In this document: piece after piece, positions 18,632 to 28,092 of the stretch
Layout of the letters: every line of letters starts with the position of its first letter
Numbering within the stretch: position 1 is the stretch's first letter
Source: an uncultured Oscillospiraceae bacterium
GTDB taxonomy: Bacteria > Bacillota > Clostridia > UMGS1883
Length of the DNA: 64,000 bases
Assembly: GCA_964390145.1 (NCBI GenBank)
Contig: CAYMHB010000001.1
Span: 6,389-70,388, forward strand
Reading direction: 5' to 3'
The notes under the pieces: generated by a model
Told to the model about the DNA's origin: nothing
What the model saw: only the letters and a program-made list of their open reading frames with translations
Database searches by the model: none
Program-made: the position numbers and the translations under genes

Positions 18632-19651
18632 TTATCTGTTATCGTACATCTTCTTGTAGTATTCCTTGTATTCGCCGCTGATGATATTTTCCCACCACGG
18701 CTTATTGTCAAGATACCACTTTATTGTCATTTTTATTCCGTCGTCAAACTTGGTCGCAGGAAGCCAGCCAAGCTCTGCGTGAATCTTTGCAGGGTCGATT
18801 GCGTAGCGCATATCGTGTCCCTTGCGGTCTGTAACGTATGTGATAAGGTCCTCGCTTTTGCCAAGTTCTTTTATGATGATTTTGACAACGTCTATATTTG
18901 CCCTTTCGTTGTGACCGCCGATGTTATAAACCTCGCCCACTTTTCCGTTATGGATGATAAGGTCAATCGCGCTGCAATGGTCCTCAACATAGAGCCAGTC
19001 GCGGATGTTGAGTCCTTCTCCGTATACGGGGAGAGGCTTATCTGCAAGTGCGTTTGCAATCATAAGGGGAATAAGCTTTTCGGGGAAATGATATGGTCCG
19101 TAGTTGTTTGAGCAACGTGAAATTGTTGCAGGGAAATTATATGTCCTGCAGTATGCCTGAACAAGAAGGTCTGCCGCAGCCTTTGATGCGCTGTACGGAC
19201 TTGAAGTATGTATGGGAGTTTCTTCCGTAAAGAAGAGGTCGGGACGGTCAAGGGGTAAATCTCCGTAAACCTCATCAGTTGAAACCTGATGATATCTCTT
19301 TACCTCAAACTCACGCGATGCGTCCATAAGCACCTGTGTACCGAGAATGTTTGTTTTGAGGAACACCTCGGGGGTTTCGATGCTTCTGTCAACGTGGCTT
19401 TCTGCCGCGAAGTTTACAACAACATCAAACTTTTCTTCGCCAAAGAGTTTTCTTACGGCTTCGCGGTCTGTTATATCGCCCTTTACAAATTTGAAGTTCT
19501 CGTTTTTCATCGCTTCTTCAAGCGTTTCGAGGTTTCCTGCATATGTAAGCGCGTCAAGACACACCAGTTTATAGTCGGGGTGTTTACTGAGCATATAGTA
19601 TATGAAGTTACTGCCTATAAAGCCTGCGCCACCTGTTACTAAAATTTTCAT
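18632..19651 (-). CDS. rfbB: dTDP-glucose 4,6-dehydratase
   Basis: MKILVTGGAGFIGSNF, QVSTDEVYG, YSASKAAADLLV. 339 aa. Confidence 0.9.
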   Translation of the reverse strand: MKILVTGGAGFIGSNFIYYMLSKHPDYKLVCLDALTYAGNLETLEEAMKNENFKFVKGDITDREAVRKLFGEEKFDVVVNFAAESHVDRSIETPEVFLKTNILGTQVLMDASREFEVKRYHQVSTDEVYGDLPLDRPDLFFTEETPIHTSSPYSASKAAADLLVQAYCRTYNFPATISRCSNNYGPYHFPEKLIPLMIANALADKPLPVYGEGLNIRDWLYVEDHCSAIDLIIHNGKVGEVYNIGGHNERANIDVVKIIIKELGKSEDLITYVTDRKGHDMRYAIDPAKIHAELGWLPATKFDDGIKMTIKWYLDNKPWWENIISGEYKEYYKKMYDNR

Positions 19652-19656
19652 AGTAA

Positions 19657-20532
19657 TTACTCCTTCACAAGTTCAAGAATATATTTGCCGTAGTCAGTCA
19701 TTTTAAGTTCTTCACCGATTTTACGAAGTTGCTCTTTATCAATAAATCCGCGGCGGTATGCAATTTCTTCAATGCAGGACACGTACATTCCCTGAACGCT
19801 CTGCACGCTCTGCACGAACTGGCTTGCCTGGAGCATACCCGAGGGAGAGCCGGTGTCAAGCCACGCCATACCACGATTAAAGAGTCTGACCTTGAGAGTG
19901 CCCCTCTTAAGGTATTCGTTATTAACTGCTGTGATTTCGATTTCTCCGCGCGCGGAGGGTTTTACATTCTTTGCAATCTCAATTACGCTGTTGTCATAGA
20001 AGTAAAGACCCGGAACTGCATATTTTGACTTGGGATTTTCTGGTTTTTCCTCGATAGAAACAACATTGAATTTATCGTCAAATTCCACTACACCAAAGGC
20101 TCTGGGGTCGCTTACGGGATAACCGAAAATCGTTGCGCCGATATTATGCTCCATTGCTTCCCTCAGTGTTTTGGTGAAGTGCTGTCCGTAGAAAACATTG
20201 TCTCCGAGCACAAGACACACGCTGTCGTCTCCTATGAATTCTTCGCCTAAAATGAAGGCGTCTGCAAGTCCGCGAGGAGTTTCCTGCACCTTGTAGGAAA
20301 GCTTTATTCCAAGCTGCTCGCCATCTCCTAAAAGCTGCTCGTACATAGGAGTATCCTCGGGAGTGGATATTATAAGAATTTCGCGTATTCCTGCCAAAAG
20401 AAGTGTAGAAAGAGGATAATAGATAAGCGGCTTGTCATAGATGGGTAAAAGCTGCTTTGAAACTGTTTTGGTCATGGGATAAAGTCTTGTTCCCTTTCCG
20501 CCTGCGAGAATTATACCTTTCATATTTTTCAC
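19657..20532 (-). CDS. rfbA: Glucose-1-phosphate thymidylyltransferase
   Basis: [49 protein letters not shown]. 291 aa. The true start may be the Met 3 codons in. Confidence 0.9.
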   Translation of the reverse strand: MKNMKGIILAGGKGTRLYPMTKTVSKQLLPIYDKPLIYYPLSTLLLAGIREILIISTPEDTPMYEQLLGDGEQLGIKLSYKVQETPRGLADAFILGEEFIGDDSVCLVLGDNVFYGQHFTKTLREAMEHNIGATIFGYPVSDPRAFGVVEFDDKFNVVSIEEKPENPKSKYAVPGLYFYDNSVIEIAKNVKPSARGEIEITAVNNEYLKRGTLKVRLFNRGMAWLDTGSPSGMLQASQFVQSVQSVQGMYVSCIEEIAYRRGFIDKEQLRKIGEELKMTDYGKYILELVKE

Positions 20533-20538
20533 GTCCCC

Positions 20539-21627
20539 TTATTTCAAAATTATATCACAAATTTTATTTACATCATCTTTTGAAAGCCCCTCATACATCG
20601 GGAGTGTGAGGATGTTTTTGGAAATTTTTTTTGCTATTGGGGTTTCGCCTCTGAATTTTCCTTTATAGCAGAAAAATTCGTTTGTGATGGGATAGAAATA
20701 CTTTCTTGCAAAAATGCCCTCTGCTGAAAGCTTTTCCGCTATCTCATCACGATTTTCTTTATATCCGTCGAATAAAACGGGGAAATATGCGTGGTTCTGT
20801 GTAACACCTTTTTGCACAGGACAAAGTTTAATGCCGTCCACTCCTTCAAGGCGTTCGCGGTAGGTGTCTTCGGCAATTTTTCGGCTTTCTATGCAGTCAT
20901 CAATGCTTTTAAGATTGCAAAGTCCCATCGCTGCCTGAAATTCATTCATTTTGGCATTGGTTCCGAGCATATCAACGCTTTCGGGACTTGTTATACCAAA
21001 GTTGCGAAGTGATGCAATCTTGCCTTTGAGTGACTTATCAGCGTATGTAAGGCATCCGCCCTCGATGGTATTAAACACCTTGGTTGCGTGGAAGCTGAAC
21101 ATACTGCAATCCCCAAAGTTGCCGATGCCCTTATTCCCTATTTTTACGCCGAAAACGTGTGCTGCATCGTAGATAACTTTAAGGTTATGCTTCTTTGCAA
21201 TAGCGTCTATTTTCTCTACGTCACACACATTTCCGTAAACGTGGACGGGCATAATGGCACTTGTTTTGTCGGTGATAAGCGATTCGATTTTGTCTGCATC
21301 TATCGTATATGTATCGGGATTCACATCGCAAAAAACGGGAGTGAGTCCCGAGTCGACTATTGCGTGGGTAGTCGATGCAAACGTAAAAGGTGTCGTGATA
21401 ACCTCGCCCGTAAGATTGAGTGCACGAATTGCTGTGCAGAGCGCAAGGTGTCCGTTCGTGAAAAGCGATACGTTGTCTACGCCTAAATATGCACCCACCT
21501 TGTCCTTGAATTCGTTATGAATCGGGCCCATATTGGTAAGCCATCGTGATTCAAATATTGGTTTGATTGCTTCGCAATACTCCTCGTATGAGGGCATAGA
21601 CGAGCGCGTTACATTGATTTTTTTCAT
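20539..21627 (-). CDS. DegT/DnrJ/EryC1/StrS-family PLP sugar aminotransferase (probable dTDP-4-keto-6-deoxyhexose 4-aminotransferase)
   Basis: PLP-lysine context FSFHATKVFNTIEGG and AIMPVHVYGNVCD. 362 aa. No 3,4-ketoisomerase is seen in the window, so C-4 amination is the simpler reading. That is an inference. Confidence 0.75.
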   Translation of the reverse strand: MKKINVTRSSMPSYEEYCEAIKPIFESRWLTNMGPIHNEFKDKVGAYLGVDNVSLFTNGHLALCTAIRALNLTGEVITTPFTFASTTHAIVDSGLTPVFCDVNPDTYTIDADKIESLITDKTSAIMPVHVYGNVCDVEKIDAIAKKHNLKVIYDAAHVFGVKIGNKGIGNFGDCSMFSFHATKVFNTIEGGCLTYADKSLKGKIASLRNFGITSPESVDMLGTNAKMNEFQAAMGLCNLKSIDDCIESRKIAEDTYRERLEGVDGIKLCPVQKGVTQNHAYFPVLFDGYKENRDEIAEKLSAEGIFARKYFYPITNEFFCYKGKFRGETPIAKKISKNILTLPMYEGLSKDDVNKICDIILK

Positions 21628-21648
21628 AGTGAATTTCCCTTTTCGCTT

Positions 21649-22662
21649 TTATTCTTCAATTATTTCAAGTGTAATATTTTTATATGCTTTGACTCCGTTT
21701 TTCGCAGTCAGAAGTTTCTCTTTATCTACTTTTTCTCCCCTTACCCATTTCACAATAGCAAGGGGTAAATCAACTCCTGCTCCGTGACTGAAGGGATATC
21801 CTCCGCCGAAGCGGGCATTCATTTCAAGAATGTATGGGGTGTTATTCACCAAGAACATATCGCAGTCAAGATTTGCAATATGTCCGAGTATTTTTCCTAT
21901 TCTTGCCGCTTCACTTGAAATGATGCTGTTGTTTTCTATCTGGGCAATATCGGTTTCGCCTGCACGCATATCAATTTTTCTTCTTACCACAGATGAAACA
22001 AAGTTACCGTCAAGGTCATTTATTACATCAATTCCGTACTCTTGTCCGAAAAGTTTCTCCTGCATTATTATAGAATGTTGCAAGTCAGCCTTTGATTCGT
22101 ATTTAAGATATGAATTAGCCATCGCCTTTTTCGCTTTTTTATAAAGGACTGTCAGCTCTTCTTCATTGTCTGCAATAAATACACCTATGGAACCCATACC
22201 CCATCTGGGTTTTATGACTATCGGATATGATGTTTCACCATTTTTGATTTCCAAAAGCAGTTTATCCATATCTATATAGGTCTTGGGAGTATAGAAATTA
22301 TTACTGCTCAAAAATTTATATGTTTCCCATTTGTCGTTGCATATATGTATAACCTCTGCATTCGAAACAATAACCCTTATTCCCATTTCTTCAAACTGTG
22401 ATTTGTTTTCTGCAAGAATGGGCAAATCCACATCAAACAGAGAAATTATAATATCTATACTGTTTTTTGTGCAGTATTCTTTGAGGAAAGGAATATACTC
22501 CGCATCAAAACACAAAGGCGTTATAACGGATTTATCCGCATATTCAAACACATATGTATATTGAGAATTCGATACATGAACTTCTCCTGTGCCTCCTATC
22601 GCTTTTCTCAGGTATTCAATCATATATCCGCGTCTTCCCACGGAGGTTATCAAAATATTCAT
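21649..22662 (-). CDS. ATP-grasp domain ligase (337 aa, PylC/CPSase-like small type)
   Basis: MNILITSVGRRGY..., PIVIKPRWGMGSIGVF, QEKLFGQEYGIDV, ILEMNARFGGGYP. Confidence 0.7.
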   Translation of the reverse strand: MNILITSVGRRGYMIEYLRKAIGGTGEVHVSNSQYTYVFEYADKSVITPLCFDAEYIPFLKEYCTKNSIDIIISLFDVDLPILAENKSQFEEMGIRVIVSNAEVIHICNDKWETYKFLSSNNFYTPKTYIDMDKLLLEIKNGETSYPIVIKPRWGMGSIGVFIADNEEELTVLYKKAKKAMANSYLKYESKADLQHSIIMQEKLFGQEYGIDVINDLDGNFVSSVVRRKIDMRAGETDIAQIENNSIISSEAARIGKILGHIANLDCDMFLVNNTPYILEMNARFGGGYPFSHGAGVDLPLAIVKWVRGEKVDKEKLLTAKNGVKAYKNITLEIIEE

Positions 22663-23114
22663 AAGCTCTCCTCCTGCATCTCATAGGTCAGTTTAATATC
22701 GCCCTCACGGTCGGATAAAGTGCTGTGAAATCCGAAATTTTCATATAGCCTTATTGCTTTTTGATTAGTGCTGTGTGTATACAGAAAAACTTTTTTCATT
22801 CCCGCTTTCGCACTCTCGCTTATAAATCTTTCAAGAAGACTTTTGGCTATAGATTTTCCCTGAAACTCGGGAAGGACACACAGCACAGATACGTACGCAT
22901 TCTTTGTTTCTGTATCGTTTACATATCCGCATATAACTCCTGCAAGCCCATTTTCACAGCAGGCAGCCACAACCTTCCCCAAAAGCAATAATTTTTCAGT
23001 CAGCACTTCTAACTCCTGTTTGCTGCTCAGCGGAATCGGAAACAGATTGTCCGCTTTTTTGAAAAAGCTTAATAATTCAGTTTTGTCTTTGATTGCAAGT
23101 TCGCTGTATTCCAC
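22659..23114 (-). CDS. GNAT-family N-acetyltransferase
   Basis: 151 aa. Acetyl-CoA-binding region VLPEFQGKSIAKSLLERF and C-terminal AIRLYENFGF. 4-nt overlap with the downstream ATP-grasp gene. Confidence 0.75.
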   Translation of the reverse strand: MEYSELAIKDKTELLSFFKKADNLFPIPLSSKQELEVLTEKLLLLGKVVAACCENGLAGVICGYVNDTETKNAYVSVLCVLPEFQGKSIAKSLLERFISESAKAGMKKVFLYTHSTNQKAIRLYENFGFHSTLSDREGDIKLTYEMQEESL

Positions 23115-23142
23115 TTTATTAACACTGCTTTCTTATCAACTG

Positions 23143-24387
23143 TTAATAGATTATTTCTTTATCGTATATATCTCTTAACATCATAGGCTCGTTTTGTGTA
23201 CTGTAAACCTCAATGGCAGCATTTACACGTTTTATATTTTCATATAGCTCCTCTTTGGTGCGTGCTTTGATGAGAAATGCGCCTACCCGATTTTTGCTTG
23301 CCATACCGGGGTCAATCTCTGTGCCCTGTGTTTTAGTAATATAGAACTTTTCGATTTTTCCGTCTTCTAAAAGCTTTTCATATCCCACTATGCGGTCAAA
23401 TATGCCTTCACTTGCATAGATGAGGTTTGTGGCATACAAAAATTCAGGAGATTTGATTTCGATATTACTTTCTTTTTCAAGGAATGAATCTACCGCCACA
23501 TCGATTATATCAATTCCTGTAATAAGTCTGAGCATCTGATAACTTAATCCGCCGCCTATTCTGGGGGCAAATTCGATTACACTTATCTCATCATCCTTTA
23601 CAATCGCCTGGAAAAACATAGGAGTATTTTTGAGTTTGAATGCTTTTGCAATATTATTTGCAATTATCCCGATTTCATTTTGTACATTTTCAGATACTTC
23701 TGCGGGTACAACAGAGCCTACTGACTGCAGTTCATCGGCATTATCCATAAAAAACTTTCTTTTCTGGCGAGTCATTATTACCTGTGCCTTACCATTTTTT
23801 ATGTAGCAATCCACCTGTATTTCCATGCCCTCTTTAAATTCTTCGATGATTGCATTGTGAGTTCTGCTAAGCGAAAGTGCATCTTTAAGATAAATTTCTA
23901 CCTCTTTTTCATCAAGTGCCTTTCTGACACCTTTTGAGCCATTGCAATCTACGGGCTTTACAACAAGGGGGAATTTCATTCCCGTTATGTCATAATTCTC
24001 CAAAGAGGTCGTGCAGACATATTTAGAGGTAGGAATTCCGTTTTCAACGAAAATGGTTTTCATAAGCTCTTTATTTGTGACATCAAGCGCAATTTTGTAA
24101 CTATATGGTTTTGTCAGCCCCAGCTTTTCCGCGGTGTAACATGCTGAGATATTTGCCTGATCAATACAGGTGCTTATAACGAGATTTGCGCATTTTTCCT
24201 TGGCAATTTCAAGCACCTTATCGTAATCGAGCGTGCTTTCCCTGATATGCTCGTCTGCGTATTGGGCGGCGGGAGGATTTTCAAGATAATCAATCAAAAC
24301 AGTCTTGTATCCTCTGGCTTTCAGGTTTTGCACAAGCTCTATATGGGGAGATGTGCCACCTAAAATAATTGCAATATTTTCAGTCAT
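23143..24387 (-). CDS. ATP-grasp domain ligase (414 aa, L-amino-acid-ligase / carboxylate-amine ligase-like)
   Basis: Pre-ATP-grasp N-domain (IAIILGGTSPHIELVQNLKARGY), FPLVVKPVDCNGSKGV, IIEEFKEGMEIQVDC, VIEFAPRIGGG. Confidence 0.7.
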   Translation of the reverse strand: MTENIAIILGGTSPHIELVQNLKARGYKTVLIDYLENPPAAQYADEHIRESTLDYDKVLEIAKEKCANLVISTCIDQANISACYTAEKLGLTKPYSYKIALDVTNKELMKTIFVENGIPTSKYVCTTSLENYDITGMKFPLVVKPVDCNGSKGVRKALDEKEVEIYLKDALSLSRTHNAIIEEFKEGMEIQVDCYIKNGKAQVIMTRQKRKFFMDNADELQSVGSVVPAEVSENVQNEIGIIANNIAKAFKLKNTPMFFQAIVKDDEISVIEFAPRIGGGLSYQMLRLITGIDIIDVAVDSFLEKESNIEIKSPEFLYATNLIYASEGIFDRIVGYEKLLEDGKIEKFYITKTQGTEIDPGMASKNRVGAFLIKARTKEELYENIKRVNAAIEVYSTQNEPMMLRDIYDKEIIY

Positions 24388-24417
24388 AATATGTTTCTCC
24401 TCTTTTTTTGAGGTAAA

Positions 24418-25509
24418 TTATCTGCCAAACAGTTTTCTGTTATACTCGTTGGCAAGTGTAGGATAGAAAGGCTGCATATAACGAACCATACCATGAGAAT
24501 TTATCTCAAGTATCTTGAAGCCGTCATCTTCTGCAACTACATCAAGCGTCAACCACGGAGTCATATTGAGATAGTTTCCTATTTCCTCCAGTTTTTCCTT
24601 GATTTCTTTCCAGTTTTTGATTTTGCCTTCTATACGCTCGTTTGAATCAGGGTGAATGTCACACGGTACGAGTTCATTCATATCGTTACTTCCCACAACT
24701 ATTCTCGGGTCGAAAATTTCGCCCTCTTCAAGCGTGAGTCCGCACCAAAAAGTTCCGTCATAATCGATAATATCGCCCCATTTTTTACAGCCCAATCTTA
24801 TTGCCGCTGCGGTAAGATGGGAGCCTGATTCCGCGTCATATGTAAGAACCATCCTCAAAACTACCGGAGAACCTCCTGTCATTTGCAGCAGCTCCCCTGA
24901 TGCGTATGAAAATTCTGTAATCATACTGTCTTTTGTATTTTCAAGCATCGTCTTCAATTCTGTTTCGGAGGTTTGGGCGCTGCTTACAAAGAATTTTTCA
25001 TCACGATATTCAAGTTTTTTAAATCCTTCCCCGTGTCCTCCACGAGCAGGTTTCGATGCAAGAATTTTCTTTTCCTTCAAAAGTTCAATGATGGCTTCTG
25101 CGTTATTGTTTCCACCGCCTGCATGGAGCTTTCGGATGTTTCCGTTATCAATCACAAAATAGTGCTCGGGCATATATTCCTTATAAGGTGCAAGCACATA
25201 CCAGGTTGAAACCTTGTCATCATACCATCTTGAAAATCTGCGGTTTTTATATGCTGACGGAGTATGATACTCAATGTCGGGCATATAGTCCGTGTAGTTA
25301 TCGTCATTTATTCCGTAGCGGAAGATTTTTTCCGAACAGAATCCTCTCTCGTAAGCCCATTCTTTCTGCTGCTCGGTAGTTTTGTGATAGTTATATTTAT
25401 CCTCGTAAAAGTAGTTGACAAGTCTTTCCACGCGAGGCTCAATTACGCCCTGCTCGCGTATCCACTGTCTTAATTCTTCTTTGCGATTTTCTATAAGTTT
25501 ATCTGACAT
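24418..25509 (-). CDS. Sugar-transfer-associated ATP-grasp protein (ATPgrasp_ST-like)
   Basis: 363 aa. ILASKPARGGHGEGF, VVLRMVLTY, HPDSNERIEGKIKNWKEIKEKLEEIG and LDVVAEDDGFKILEINSHG match the layout I recall for PF14397-type proteins. Confidence 0.55.
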   Translation of the reverse strand: MSDKLIENRKEELRQWIREQGVIEPRVERLVNYFYEDKYNYHKTTEQQKEWAYERGFCSEKIFRYGINDDNYTDYMPDIEYHTPSAYKNRRFSRWYDDKVSTWYVLAPYKEYMPEHYFVIDNGNIRKLHAGGGNNNAEAIIELLKEKKILASKPARGGHGEGFKKLEYRDEKFFVSSAQTSETELKTMLENTKDSMITEFSYASGELLQMTGGSPVVLRMVLTYDAESGSHLTAAAIRLGCKKWGDIIDYDGTFWCGLTLEEGEIFDPRIVVGSNDMNELVPCDIHPDSNERIEGKIKNWKEIKEKLEEIGNYLNMTPWLTLDVVAEDDGFKILEINSHGMVRYMQPFYPTLANEYNRKLFGR

Positions 25510-25521
25510 TTTATTGCCCCC

Positions 25522-26985
25522 TTAAATACTGTTTTTTGACTTTTTTAAAGCACCGATAGCCAAAGATAAAATATATTTGAAGGTTTCATTTTTTGTAAGA
25601 TAAGATACCGCCACATACACCATAGCTCCCGCTATTACCTGAACTGCCAATTTCAATATGGCTCCTATCGACACCATTCCGATTGCAAAAACTATAACCG
25701 ACATAGCAACAAGCGGAACTATCGCACTGAAAAGGTCCTTAATCTGCTCTGTGTATTTGTAGTTTATAAGTTTCTTGTTGGGGTATGCATTTATAAAAGA
25801 GCTGAGGATTGTCACAAACACCGTACTCAGCGCAATTGCCATAACGCCATAACGTGCAACTAAGATAAGCACCGCTAATCCCGTTACCTTTTTAATTATT
25901 TCAAGTATTAGGAAAATGTCGCTTCTTCCCATAGCGTTTATCGCCTGAAGATTGGCTGTATGAATGGGTCTCAGCGCCATCGTGAAACAGGCAATCTGTA
26001 AATAAGGAACACAAGGGAGCCACTTTTCCGTCAGCAATAATTTGATAAACGGTTCTGCCACAAGGGCAAAGCCTGCCATAAGGGGAAACATTATGTAACC
26101 GCTTGTGCGGATGGCTCTGCGGCACATTTGCTTTACCTGACTCCTATTTTCCTGACAGTTTGACATCGCAGGGAAGAGCACGCTCTGAATAGATGAATTT
26201 ACGTTTGTTACTACGAGATTCGGAAAACTCTTTCCCTTGTTATAATAGGCAAGGTCTTCAGAGGTATACATTTTTCCTATTACAAGGCTTCGAAGCTCGT
26301 TATAACCGGTTTCAAGAAGTGCTGACAGAAGTATTTTCCAGCCGTAAGAGAACAGGCTTTTGAGTCTTTTTAACGAAAACAAAAGTTTAGGATACCATTT
26401 TACTGTTACAAAAAGAACTATTGTATCAACAGTGGTGTTTATCATATACTGTGCCACAAGTGCCCATATTCCAAACCCCATGTATGCCATTATGATACCT
26501 ACTACGCCTGACAAAAGCGTTCCTCCCAGAGTTGACCAGAAGAATCTTTTGAAAAGCATATGGCGTGATACATACGCGTGCTGTACGCTGTTAATTCCTG
26601 CTACTATGAGCCTTATTCCCATAACTCGCAGAACGGGGCTCAATATCGGCATGGAATAAAATTCTGCAATAAACGGTGCGCTGAAAAACACTATCAGGTA
26701 CATTACCACAGACATTACTATATTAAAATAGAATACCGAGGAGAAATCCGTGTCGTCTGCATCTTTCTTTTGTATGAGTGAATTTCCGAATCCGCTTACC
26801 ACAAAAACATTTGCCAGCGCTATGAATATATTTACCAGCGCTATCGCTCCGTAGTGTGACGGTTCAAGAAGTCTTGCAAGGACAATTGACACTATAAATG
26901 TTACCATCTGCGCGGAAATTCGCTCTGCAAATTTCCACACGAGGCCCGACATTATTTTTGTTTTCAAACCATCTGCTTTTGCCAT
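25522..26985 (-). CDS. wzx: Wzx-type oligosaccharide flippase (MOP/PST family)
   Basis: 487 aa, about 12-14 predicted TM helices. N-terminus (KIMSGLVWKFAERISAQMVTFIVSIVLARLLEPSHYG) is typical of polysaccharide transport (PST) proteins. Confidence 0.8.
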   Translation of the reverse strand: MAKADGLKTKIMSGLVWKFAERISAQMVTFIVSIVLARLLEPSHYGAIALVNIFIALANVFVVSGFGNSLIQKKDADDTDFSSVFYFNIVMSVVMYLIVFFSAPFIAEFYSMPILSPVLRVMGIRLIVAGINSVQHAYVSRHMLFKRFFWSTLGGTLLSGVVGIIMAYMGFGIWALVAQYMINTTVDTIVLFVTVKWYPKLLFSLKRLKSLFSYGWKILLSALLETGYNELRSLVIGKMYTSEDLAYYNKGKSFPNLVVTNVNSSIQSVLFPAMSNCQENRSQVKQMCRRAIRTSGYIMFPLMAGFALVAEPFIKLLLTEKWLPCVPYLQIACFTMALRPIHTANLQAINAMGRSDIFLILEIIKKVTGLAVLILVARYGVMAIALSTVFVTILSSFINAYPNKKLINYKYTEQIKDLFSAIVPLVAMSVIVFAIGMVSIGAILKLAVQVIAGAMVYVAVSYLTKNETFKYILSLAIGALKKSKNSI

Positions 26986-27005
26986 ACTAAAGTCTTCCTT
27001 CTAAA

Positions 27006-28079
27006 TTAACTTTTGAAAATTGCTTCCCACAGCATAGGGAATTCTATCATATATTTCTGTGTCATTTCAAAATTACGTTCTTTTTGTTCTTCACTAAGCA
27101 AAGTGAAAAACTCGTTTTTCGATTTTTCGTCTGAAAAATCAACTTTGTTTAGCGCAAAAATATGACACCCTCTGTCTTTGTAATAGTCCCATGATGTCGT
27201 ATCGTCGTTTATGTATACTTTTTTTCCGAGGGCAAGCATCATTGATATATTTCCCAGTCCCATCTGTCTGTCGGTGTTGAAAACGCCTATATCTATATTG
27301 TTAAGATGCCGTGCATACTCATCCTTCGGCATAAGCTCGGTAATGGGGATAAATCGGTCACCGAATAGCGCCTCCCCTTCAGCTATAACTTTTTTTACAT
27401 ACTCGTCCGTACCTGCGTAGGAAAGCGGAGAATATATAAGCATTTTGGGGAAATCTATCTCTTTGAGCTTTTTTAAAGCATCAATATGATTATTCATCGG
27501 CGCTGCTGAATTCCCGACCTGAATTCTTATAAAGTCATCGGTTTTTTCCTGTTTACTGTCAAGTATTTCGCGGTAGAGCTTTCTCTTATCGTCACAGTAG
27601 CCACCAAGAAAATATTTTGCGCGGGTCTTATACCATTTGCACGCCAGATCGTATTCTCCCTTTACCCAGAAAATAATACCGAATAAATTTCTTATAAAAA
27701 TAGTGCGGACAAATTCTACTATTTTTTCTTTTACGGATTTGTTTTCTTTCCGATGGTAGTATAAATCCATCCCCCACAATACCCAGTACTGCTTTACAAT
27801 GAATTTCGGGACGAGGGATAAAAGAAGCATCAGTTTAGGGTCCAGATAAGCAATATTGTGCAAAAAGACTTTGTCGTATTTGAGTAGAGAAAAAAACATT
27901 TTCCATACGTTTTTGATTTTCATATCAATCATATGAATATTGCCTTCTTCGGGAAGGTCTGTTTCGTTCTTCATACGATATACTAAAAAAATGTTTTCTT
28001 CCTGACTTACTTCCTTATTTATGCGGTCTATAAAATTTTTCGCAAAAACACCGTTTGGAATCAGATGTATGTTTTTCAT
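27006..28079 (-). CDS. WecF-like GT56 glycosyltransferase (TDP-4-acylamino-4,6-dideoxyhexose transferase candidate)
   Basis: 357 aa. Collinear by eye with E. coli WecF. [10 protein letters not shown] aligns with HIWGADLYE, and [20 protein letters not shown] with [48 protein letters not shown] aligns with [28 protein letters not shown]. Confidence 0.7.
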   Translation of the reverse strand: [357 protein letters not shown]

Positions 28080-28092
28080 AAAACCACTCCTA

